Notes under the pieces: model-generated
Database searches by the model: none
Told to the model about the DNA's origin: nothing
What the model saw: the letters and a program-made list of their open reading frames with translations, nothing else
Origin: a virus
Taxonomy: Duplodnaviria > Caudoviricetes
IMG/VR virus record: IMGVR_UViG_3300036851_000446
Coordinates: 1-58,577 of that record
Direction: 5' to 3' (one strand)
Length of the DNA: 58,577 nt
Translations under genes and position numbers: made by a program
Shown here: positions 16,371 to 24,229 of the stretch, piece after piece
Layout of the letters: each line of letters opens with the position of its first letter
Position numbering within the stretch: the stretch's first letter is position 1

Positions 16371-16735
16371 GCGCACTTCACGGCAAGGTCGAGCACGTGT
16401 CGGGCTACGACCCGCGCAGCGTCGTCATCGACCTGGACGACGGCGGCCACGACCTCAAGCCCGACGACGAGGTCGCCGTCCACGCGGTCAAACACGCTGG
16501 CGACGGCAGCAGCGAGATGTTCGACGAGGTGCTGGGCCGGATGCTGGGCGAGGCCTACGGCGGACGGCTCATCGAGCACCTGGAGACTCTTGAGGCCATC
16601 GTCCGGGACCTGGCCGTCCGGGACCCATACGTCGACGGCCATTGGTGCCGGCTCTGCGGTCGCAGCAATGGCCATGGCGACTCGTGCCCGTGGCGCCGCT
16701 CGGTCGACTGGATGGAAGCGAACGGCCGTGAGTGA
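16367..16735 (+). CDS. Hypothetical protein with C-terminal CxxC...HxxxCPW
   Basis: GGAGG RBS; GTGA overlap. Confidence 0.65.
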   Translation: MSALHGKVEHVSGYDPRSVVIDLDDGGHDLKPDDEVAVHAVKHAGDGSSEMFDEVLGRMLGEAYGGRLIEHLETLEAIVRDLAVRDPYVDGHWCRLCGRSNGHGDSCPWRRSVDWMEANGRE

Positions 16736-16967
16736 CGGGACCCGGGGTCGGGTGTTGGCCGACACGCTCACGTCGTTCCTCGACGACGGCACCATCGACC
16801 GGTCGCAGGCCGACACTCACCAGGCGATCAGGTACACCCGACGGTCCCGTCGTTACCGGTGGGCGCTGCTCCGGAAGCGGATCGTGGAACGGTGGAGGGG
16901 GCAGGTCATCCTGAGCGCGAAGCGACCCCGAGCCGAAGCCCGGGGTCGCACGCTGGACGGCTGGTGA
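16728..16967 (+). CDS. Small basic hypothetical protein
   Basis: ORF track; overlaps upstream gene. Confidence 0.45.
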   Translation: MSDGTRGRVLADTLTSFLDDGTIDRSQADTHQAIRYTRRSRRYRWALLRKRIVERWRGQVILSAKRPRAEARGRTLDGW

Positions 16968-17010
16968 TGAGCCCCCGTCCGAGAGCTTCGTAACCTCTAG
17001 GGACTAGAGG
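16922..17010. terminator. Hairpins at the convergence of the accessory and late operons
   Basis: GCGACCCCG/CGGGGTCGC (16922-16949) and CCTCTAG/CTAGAGG (16994-17010). Confidence 0.45.
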
Positions 17011-17178
17011 CTAGCTGGCCGGGGTGTTGCGGGCGGCGTACACCGCCCCGTAGGCGACGAGCACGGCGCCGACGATCACGCCGACCTCGGTGCCTTCGAT
17101 CTTGCCGTCCTCGAGCGCGGTGCCGACGGTGCCGAGCAACGCGATCAGCGCTGCGACGAACGCCTTGGCGGTAGTCAA
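17011..17178 (-). CDS. Holin-like two-TM protein
   Basis: TTG start with AAGGAGGTG RBS; KAFVAALIALLG...VGVIVGAVLVAYGAVY; in lysis region. Confidence 0.7.
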   Translation of the reverse strand: MTTAKAFVAALIALLGTVGTALEDGKIEGTEVGVIVGAVLVAYGAVYAARNTPAS

Positions 17179-17249
17179 TTTGCACCTCCTTTGTTGTCGG
17201 GGGTTCGGTGGCCGGGCCGGCCTCACCGGACACGACCGGGCCACCGAGA

Positions 17250-17372
17250 TCACTTCTGCTTCGGGTTGTCCTTCGGCGGGTCGGTGGACTTGCCCAGCTT
17301 CTGGTTCTGCTGGTCCTTCCACGCCTGGTTCTGCGTGGTGGAACCGCTCTTGGGCGGCGGATCGTTGGCCAT
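17250..17372 (-). CDS. 40-aa hydrophilic peptide (MANDPPPKSGSTTQNQAWKDQQNQKLGKSTDPPKDNPKQK)
   Basis: AGGAG RBS, ATG...TGA, GC3-rich codons; below ORF-track cutoff. Confidence 0.55.
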   Translation of the reverse strand: MANDPPPKSGSTTQNQAWKDQQNQKLGKSTDPPKDNPKQK

Positions 17373-17422
17373 GACGTCTCCTGCTAGCCGGCTGCGGATT
17401 GGTACGAAATTTGTAGGACCGG

Positions 17423-17773
17423 TCACGGCGGTCCCTCCGCCCCCGGACGCAGCTCGATTGCTGGGACATCGAGGCCGGCGGCTTGCATCTGGCCGGCGAG
17501 GTAGACGATCCAGTCGGTGGCCAGCTCCTCGATCTGCTCGTGCTTCTCGTTGGTCTCCTCGAGCTCGGCGTTGCGGTCCTCCAACACGGCCCGGTCCTTG
17601 ACCGCCGAGTTGGTGTCGAGGGTGATCCGCACGATCCCACCCAACGTCGCCAACGTGAGCGTGATCGAGGCAGCGAACCCGACGGCGATCAGCTTGGCGA
17701 GGGACACGGACCGGCCGAGCGACACAGCGATGCGCTCACGGACCTCCGCTCCGGTGGGGTCAGTCGTGGCCAT
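17423..17773 (-). CDS. Single-TM coiled-coil lysis-region protein
   Basis: One TM helix followed by a coiled coil. Confidence 0.7.
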   Translation of the reverse strand: MATTDPTGAEVRERIAVSLGRSVSLAKLIAVGFAASITLTLATLGGIVRITLDTNSAVKDRAVLEDRNAELEETNEKHEQIEELATDWIVYLAGQMQAAGLDVPAIELRPGAEGPP

Positions 17774-18122
17774 TGACGATCCCCCTCAAACGCTCCACCT
17801 CACGCTCCAACGGCAACAACCGCTCGACCTCGGCCTCGAGCACGGCGACCCGCTCGCGGAGCTTGGCGTTGTCCTCCCGGAGCGTCGAGTTGTCCGACTC
17901 GACCCGCACCATCACCCGGTCGTAGGCGTCCCACAGCTTCCCCGCCTCCGACGTCGCGACGGTCCCCGACTCGCGGCGCCGACCCAACAGCCACGTCGCC
18001 AACGCGACGGCGCCGGTCCCCCCGCCCGCGGCGAGCGCCACCCACACCGGCTGCCACTGCACACCCAACACCAGGCTCGCCGCACCGACCAGCCCAGCGA
18101 CAAGGACCCGCCACACCGTCAA
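17760..18122 (-). CDS. Two-TM coiled-coil lysis-region membrane protein
   Basis: Two N-terminal TMs plus coiled coil, immediately downstream of endolysin. Confidence 0.7.
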   Translation of the reverse strand: MTVWRVLVAGLVGAASLVLGVQWQPVWVALAAGGGTGAVALATWLLGRRRESGTVATSEAGKLWDAYDRVMVRVESDNSTLREDNAKLRERVAVLEAEVERLLPLEREVERLRGIVNGHD

Positions 18123-18886
18123 CCCGTCGACGGGGCGTCGCGCTCGTCGAGGAACGCGGTCAGCTCGTCACGCAACTGGCCGTCGGTCGGGTTCTTCGCC
18201 GACGGCTTGCGCAGCGACCGCTGCAACGTCCCCGTGATCAGGTTCATCAACGTCTCACGCAGCTCACCGTGCTTGAGCGCCTCGTTCAGCTCGGCCTCGG
18301 TCATGTCGTCGTCCTCCTGGGGTGGGGTGGCGCCCATGCGCCGGGCGTACTCGGTCAAGAACTGGGCCCACGGGAACTCGGCGCCGGGGTCCGAACGTCG
18401 GGCGGGGTCACGCTCAGCGTGCGAGATGAACCCGGGGATGCGGGCTTCGGACTGGGCCCGGTTGATCCTGCGTGCCGGCACGGTGATGCCGTGGGTGGCC
18501 TTGACCCAGCGGGCGTAGCGGGCCGCAGCGGCCGCCAGCTGGCCGATGGCGCCGTCCCGCCACGCCTTGGGCGCGAGGGGCCACACGTCGGCCCTGGTGG
18601 CCACGGAGCCGCCCCAGGCGTGCGGATTGGACCCGGTGCCGTCCTGGTACGCCTCGCACGTGTAGGCCACCAGGTTGATGCACGAGTCGCTGTCGACGAG
18701 GTCGTGGTACGAGCCTGGCGTGGTGCGGGTGCGGATGAAGTTGGCGACAGCTTCGGCGCCACCGTCGAGGGCCACGAAGTCAGGGGTGTTCTCGGCGGTG
18801 TGCACACACATCACGCCACTCGGCTTCTCGCGGCGGGGGCAGCGGAACTGATCGCGGACCGGGGGGTGGTCGTCGAGCCAGGCCAT
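18119..18886 (-). CDS. Endolysin, N-acetylmuramoyl-L-alanine amidase (Amidase_2)
   Basis: MCVHTAE, SYHDLVD, FISHAE...RSDPGAEFPW zinc-amidase motifs; GGAGG RBS before ATG 18886. Confidence 0.88.
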   Translation of the reverse strand: MAWLDDHPPVRDQFRCPRREKPSGVMCVHTAENTPDFVALDGGAEAVANFIRTRTTPGSYHDLVDSDSCINLVAYTCEAYQDGTGSNPHAWGGSVATRADVWPLAPKAWRDGAIGQLAAAAARYARWVKATHGITVPARRINRAQSEARIPGFISHAERDPARRSDPGAEFPWAQFLTEYARRMGATPPQEDDDMTEAELNEALKHGELRETLMNLITGTLQRSLRKPSAKNPTDGQLRDELTAFLDERDAPSTG

Positions 18887-18894
18887 GTTCCTCC

Positions 18895-20859
18895 TCAGGA
18901 GACGGCGGCCCAGAGGGCCAGGGCGAGCAGGGTGTTCGAGGCAGGGGTGAGCGACGCCGGGAGGGCGGTCTGGCCGGTGCCGGCGGTAGCGAACCGGGCT
19001 CGGGCAGCGGCGTTGCCGAGGTTGACGAAGCTGGCGCCGGCCTGGTTGTTGGCCCGGGCCAGCGACGGCCCGTTGCCGGCCGACACGTTGAACAGGAACG
19101 CGGCCCACACGAACCCGGGCCCGACCGTCACCGGGGTGATCGCCGTCGTTTTCAGGCCGGTCGAGTCGCTGGCCGTGGTGACGTCGACCGCGGCACCGAG
19201 CCGGGCCCCGGTGTGGTCGTAGAGCGCGACCTCGTTCTGCCCGGCTTGGGGGGTCCCGGCGTCGGTGACGACCGCCCACAGGATGTTGCTGACCAGCGCC
19301 GCCTCCCGCAGCAGGAGCTTGACGAGATAGATGGTCCCGTCGGTCAGCGCGGTCTGGCTGACCGCGAGCGCGGCGTCGTACGCCCACGACACGACCCCGG
19401 CGTCGGCCGGCGTGAACTGGCCGCGCCGGTAGGGGTCGAGGTCGTCGACCCGGGCGGCCACCAGCCCGCTCTCTTCGAGGGCGGCAGTGTCGTCGGTGAC
19501 CGGGCCTGGTGGCACCGCGTCGAGTGGGTCGAGGTTCGTGACCCGCAGGTCGTTGACCCGGATGACCCCGTCGTCGGCGAGATGGGCGATGAGGATCCCG
19601 ATCTTCCCGTCGGCCGGGGGCGGGCCACCGGACTCGGCCAGGGTGGCCGGGAGCGTGTTGGTCTCGGCGTAGTCGGGGTCGTCCCAGGTTGGCTCGTCCT
19701 GCCACGGCAGCCACTGCTTGAACACGATGGTGTCGCCGATGAGGCGCACGCCGACCTTGCGGCGCCCGGGGGTGAAGATGTGGTTGACCGTCCCCCCCGA
19801 CCACGACCCCGCCGTCGCGGAGGCGAACGTGAACGACGTGTCGTTGGGGACCGAGACGACGGTGACCTGACCGAACGCACCGACCCCCGACAGCGAGGCG
19901 AGGTCGCCACCGTCGAGGTGGTGCGGCAACTCGGTGCGCACCGTCACCGCCGCCCCGTCGCCGACCGCGGAGACCACGCCGGTGGGGAACCCGGTGACCG
20001 ACCCGGCGTCCTGGTTGATGTCGAGCAGCTCGGTGCCGTCGAACTCCCACACGCCTTGCAGGAGGTTGACGTTGACCCCGAAGATGATGTTCGACCATAC
20101 GATCACCGCGGTGTCGTCGTCGCCCCGCAGCGCTACGCCCGCCTGGCAGTTCCCCGCGGCGATCTCCCAGTCGAGGTACACCTCGCTGTCGGCGATGCCG
20201 TCGGTGTTCTGGAGGTAGTAGATGCGCCGGTCGTCGCCGCCGGGCTCCGGCGGCCCGTGGGTGGCGACACCGAACCCGTCGCTCGTCGTGAGCACCGGCG
20301 TGGAGTCCTCGGGATGCGACACCGGCACTTCGTCGAACCGGTCCCACCCGTCGGGGTCGATCCAGGTCACGAGCCGGGGCGCATCGAGCACATCGAGCCG
20401 GGTCTCGTGGTCTGCGGCGGTGGCTTCGAGCGTGACGATGTCGGCCTCGGCCACATCGAGGCGGGCGTCGAGGGCGACGACCGAGGCCTGTCCGGACACG
20501 ACGGTTACGGCGACGTCGACCGTGTCCACGGTGACCGTGAGGGCGAGGCTGGTGGGTGTGCCCGGCCGGGTGGACGGCGACCACGTGCCGATCAGCAGAT
20601 CGTTGGTGGCCCCTGCGGTGGTCTCGGTGAGCAACCACGCTGCCGGGACGTCGACCGCCGCTGTCTGCGCTTCGGTGGCCTCGATCGTCATCACGTCCCC
20701 GATGACAGCCAGCCCGAGAGCGAGACCGCCGAGGGTCGTGGTGAACGTGCGGCCGGCCAGGTCCCCGGTCGGCCACGTCAACTCGACCGACAGCGTGTTG
20801 CCGGGTCGGAATGAGACGTTCAAACCTTGGGGCCGGGCATCGGCTACGACGGCGGTCAT
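18895..20859 (-). CDS. Tail fibre / receptor-binding protein
   Basis: Last tail gene before lysin; BppU-like N-terminus, short coiled coil, beta-rich domains. Confidence 0.7.
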   Translation of the reverse strand: MTAVVADARPQGLNVSFRPGNTLSVELTWPTGDLAGRTFTTTLGGLALGLAVIGDVMTIEATEAQTAAVDVPAAWLLTETTAGATNDLLIGTWSPSTRPGTPTSLALTVTVDTVDVAVTVVSGQASVVALDARLDVAEADIVTLEATAADHETRLDVLDAPRLVTWIDPDGWDRFDEVPVSHPEDSTPVLTTSDGFGVATHGPPEPGGDDRRIYYLQNTDGIADSEVYLDWEIAAGNCQAGVALRGDDDTAVIVWSNIIFGVNVNLLQGVWEFDGTELLDINQDAGSVTGFPTGVVSAVGDGAAVTVRTELPHHLDGGDLASLSGVGAFGQVTVVSVPNDTSFTFASATAGSWSGGTVNHIFTPGRRKVGVRLIGDTIVFKQWLPWQDEPTWDDPDYAETNTLPATLAESGGPPPADGKIGILIAHLADDGVIRVNDLRVTNLDPLDAVPPGPVTDDTAALEESGLVAARVDDLDPYRRGQFTPADAGVVSWAYDAALAVSQTALTDGTIYLVKLLLREAALVSNILWAVVTDAGTPQAGQNEVALYDHTGARLGAAVDVTTASDSTGLKTTAITPVTVGPGFVWAAFLFNVSAGNGPSLARANNQAGASFVNLGNAAARARFATAGTGQTALPASLTPASNTLLALALWAAVS

Positions 20860-20868
20860 CGCGCTCTC

Positions 20869-21339
20869 CTAGTTGTCGGGTCTGACGATGACGACGCGGT
20901 TCGAGAAATGCCCGATGCCGCCACTGACCCTGTGCTCGAGCCGGACGTTGTAGGTGTCCCCGGCCACGAGCCCGTCGACCGGGACCGGGACACCCCACCG
21001 GAACCCGGTGTTGTTCACGTTGCCGACGTTGCGGTAGGCGTTCTTCGCGTCCGCCGCGACGATCGTCGACCCCGATCCGACGGTCCCACCGGTCCGCACG
21101 ACCGGGGCCACCACGACCGACGCGCTGGCAGTCTCGTTCCAACCCTCGGCGCCGAACAGGATCGTGACCCGCTCCGTGTACGGGGCGACGAACTCGACGC
21201 CGCAGTCGTTGTAGGTGCCGCCCGTCGTACCGACACCGAACGTGGTGTTCGTGGCCGTGTAAGCGTCGACCTGTTCGTCGTCGGCACGGGGCAGGAAATC
21301 GAGGGTGGTGAGCCGGTGACCGGCCGCGATGTCGGGCAT
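20869..21339 (-). CDS. Minor tail protein
   Basis: Position; beta-rich, GLVAGDTYNVRLEHRV. Confidence 0.7.
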   Translation of the reverse strand: MPDIAAGHRLTTLDFLPRADDEQVDAYTATNTTFGVGTTGGTYNDCGVEFVAPYTERVTILFGAEGWNETASASVVVAPVVRTGGTVGSGSTIVAADAKNAYRNVGNVNNTGFRWGVPVPVDGLVAGDTYNVRLEHRVSGGIGHFSNRVVIVRPDN

Positions 21340-21349
21340 TCCGTCTCCC

Positions 21350-24229
21350 TCAGAGAGCGACCACGGCGCCCTGCCACAGGCGCACTCTGGTCCCGGCCGG
21401 GATGGTCTTGGTGACCCCGTTGACCGGGGTCTGGGTGATCGTGAACGTCTGCGGCGAGCTGGCCCCGGTGATGTTCGTCACCGTCAAGCGGACTCCGGCG
21501 GCTTCGATGTCGAACGGGAAGTCGTCGGACTCGACCGTCCACAACGTCCCTAGCGTGGTGGCGACGCTCATGCTGGTGTCGGCCCCCGCGACGAACTGCG
21601 ATGCGAGCTCGGCGCCCGCGGTGTCGACCCGCCCGAACTCCCCGTCATCGACCACCGACGTGTCCCACGGGCGGGCCGGCCGGCCGTTGAAGCTCGCCTT
21701 CCACTTGAACTTCGTCAGGTCTTCGGTGATCCCGTAGGCCAACTGGTCGACCGGCTCCGGTGCGTGGCCCGGGGGTGGGTCCGGGATCCGGAACCGGTCG
21801 CCGGCGGCGAAGCCCAGGATGTCCTCGACCGGTGCCGCCGGGCGGGACACGTCGGTGCGGATCTCCGGATAGCGCATCTCCTGCCAGACACCGAGGTGGT
21901 AGCGCCACCCGGCCTGCCCGGGTAGCAGAAGATCCGACTTGACGTTGACCTCGACCGAACGGGAGTAGCGCTCCTCGTCACCGGTCGCGATGTCGGGGTC
22001 CTCGATCCGGTACGACGAACCGTCGGTGCGTTCGACGGTGACGTCGTTGACGAACCGCTGATCGTCGTCGGCCGGCTGGAACGGGTCGTCGACCAGCCGG
22101 CCGGCACGGGGCAGGGAGAGCCGCACCGGCTGCTGCTTCAACGTCGCACCCGACCGGTAGGCGAGGCCGAGCGCACCACGCTGCTCGGTGAGGATCCCCA
22201 AGTCGGCGTCGACGCATTCGGTCAGCAGTTCGAGGAGCTTCGCGGGGCGCTGCGGGCCCATCGGAACCGCGCCTTCCCGGACCGCGGCCGGCCAGCTCGT
22301 GGTGTTCCCCGGCCCGTAGGGGCCGTGCACCGCGACCGGGACGTGGTTCTCCTGGCACAACCGGAACACCCGCTGCGGCGCGGGCTCGCCCACGTACGCG
22401 GTGTCCGCGGGTGCCAGCCACCCGATCGGTGCCCCGGTCGACACGATCACCGGACCCAACGAGATCCCCGACGGCGGCCCCGTGCACGAGTTCTTGAACC
22501 TCGTCGGGATGCCCGTGTTCCCCGCGTAGGTCCCGGAGGTGGCGAAAACGAGGCCCAACGGGATCGGAATAAGACTCACCGCCCAGTCGACGTTCGCGCC
22601 GTCGTCGGTGACCTCGAGGACGATCATCGCTTCGGTGTCGAAGAACCGTGCATCGGCAGCGATGGTGTCGAGCACCACCCCTGTGCCGTCGATGTCGAAA
22701 CCGGCGATGGTGATCTGGGTGTCGTTGATCGAGAGCGCCCACGTCGCGACCTCGCCGTTCGACGACACGGCCATCAAACCGGTGACCGCCGGGGACACCG
22801 CGGGTTCGTCGATCCGGAACAGCTTGGTGATCTGCCAGTTCACCCCCACCACTTGGGGGATCTCCGGGATCGGCGCCGTCATCAGCGCGTTGTCACCAGC
22901 GGCGACCGTCATCTGCTGCGACACCGCTGCGTACGATGTGTCCCCGCCGAAGGTGTAGTCCCCCTGGATCGACATCGGCGCCGCCCCGGCGATCACCTGC
23001 CCGACCCGGGTGGCGTCACGGTTGTCCTCGAACGGCCAGCACGCCACCACCAGATCGGCGTTGGTCGGTGCCGTCACGATCCTGGTGAGCGTCGAACGCA
23101 CCGGATCGGACTGGGCGAGGCGCTGCAAGGTCCCTTCGGCGGCGACCTGCACGTGGGCGACCGTCGGCATCAACGGGTTGCCCTCGTCGACGAGGTCCCA
23201 TGTCGGTTCGGCTTTGGTGACGCGCACGCACGCACGCGGCCGCCAGTCCGTGACCTGCGCGTCCGCGAACGACCAGACACGCCCCGCCGAATCGGTTGTC
23301 CCCGTCGCCCCGGGGGTGAGGGTTGTGCAGTCGAGATCGGCGACAACCGTCCCCGAGGTGAGGTCCCCCGAGCGGAGCTGGAGGCGGTTGAGGCGCCCCG
23401 GGTAGGGCGAGAACCCGAACGTCACGTCACCGACCTGCAACGGCGCCGACCCCGAGAAGAACGACGTCACCCCCGGATCGATGATCGGATCGGCGAACAG
23501 CGACCCGTCGAGATCGCCGAGCAGCCCATCGCGGTCACCGCGGTGCACGTAGAAAGTGCAGATGTTCTCGCCGCCGTTGCTGACGTCGAACTCCCACCCG
23601 ATCGACAACGGCCCGGCCTCGGGGCACGGCAACCCGAGCGGCTGGATCTTGTAATCGAACGTCGTTCCGTCCGTCGACCACAACAAGATCAGCGACCCGT
23701 TGAGCAGGTGCAGGATCCACGAGATATTCCCCGACGTCGACTTGCCCGCCAGGTCGTACGTCACGCCCGACGGTGGCATCTGCACCGGCGACAACAGCTC
23801 GATCACCCCGGCCAGGTCGCCGGTGATGTCCAGCGCCGGATCATCGGGTGTCGACGCACGGGACCCGGAGACACCCCGGAACACCAGATGCGGTAGCCCG
23901 GCCTGCACCGACACCCGCAGCGGCGTCTTGCGCCGCAACCCCGGGTAGTAGATCGACGACGGGTTGTACGGGGTGAACGCCTGATCGCCGTTCCCCAACA
24001 GCAGGTCGACGGCGGTCGGGTCGCCGACGAGCGACTCGTCGGTGTCGCCGGTGATCCCCGACGTGATCTTGACCGTCTGGTCCAACACCCGCGGGCGAGT
24101 CCGGCCCGCGTCGGTGTAGTCGCCCAGCACGATCCAATCCCACGACTCCGACGGGGCCGTCAGATCCGCGCCGACCGCGACCTCGGCTCTGGTCTGGATC
24201 ACCGGGGTCGCGGGGGTGATGAGGCTCAC
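21350..24229 (-). CDS. Large minor tail / baseplate hub protein
   Basis: Follows tape measure; LLLGNGDQAFTPYNPSSIYY, WPFED, VNDVTVER motifs typical of actinophage tail proteins. Confidence 0.8.
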   Translation of the reverse strand: MSLITPATPVIQTRAEVAVGADLTAPSESWDWIVLGDYTDAGRTRPRVLDQTVKITSGITGDTDESLVGDPTAVDLLLGNGDQAFTPYNPSSIYYPGLRRKTPLRVSVQAGLPHLVFRGVSGSRASTPDDPALDITGDLAGVIELLSPVQMPPSGVTYDLAGKSTSGNISWILHLLNGSLILLWSTDGTTFDYKIQPLGLPCPEAGPLSIGWEFDVSNGGENICTFYVHRGDRDGLLGDLDGSLFADPIIDPGVTSFFSGSAPLQVGDVTFGFSPYPGRLNRLQLRSGDLTSGTVVADLDCTTLTPGATGTTDSAGRVWSFADAQVTDWRPRACVRVTKAEPTWDLVDEGNPLMPTVAHVQVAAEGTLQRLAQSDPVRSTLTRIVTAPTNADLVVACWPFEDNRDATRVGQVIAGAAPMSIQGDYTFGGDTSYAAVSQQMTVAAGDNALMTAPIPEIPQVVGVNWQITKLFRIDEPAVSPAVTGLMAVSSNGEVATWALSINDTQITIAGFDIDGTGVVLDTIAADARFFDTEAMIVLEVTDDGANVDWAVSLIPIPLGLVFATSGTYAGNTGIPTRFKNSCTGPPSGISLGPVIVSTGAPIGWLAPADTAYVGEPAPQRVFRLCQENHVPVAVHGPYGPGNTTSWPAAVREGAVPMGPQRPAKLLELLTECVDADLGILTEQRGALGLAYRSGATLKQQPVRLSLPRAGRLVDDPFQPADDDQRFVNDVTVERTDGSSYRIEDPDIATGDEERYSRSVEVNVKSDLLLPGQAGWRYHLGVWQEMRYPEIRTDVSRPAAPVEDILGFAAGDRFRIPDPPPGHAPEPVDQLAYGITEDLTKFKWKASFNGRPARPWDTSVVDDGEFGRVDTAGAELASQFVAGADTSMSVATTLGTLWTVESDDFPFDIEAAGVRLTVTNITGASSPQTFTITQTPVNGVTKTIPAGTRVRLWQGAVVAL

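Noticed and set aside
18887-21142. 1007-aa ORF 18119-21142 as one protein, and similar long Arg/Pro-rich shadow ORFs
   Set aside because: Only the last 255 aa (amidase) are protein-like; the rest is an off-frame shadow of tail genes, typical of high-GC DNA
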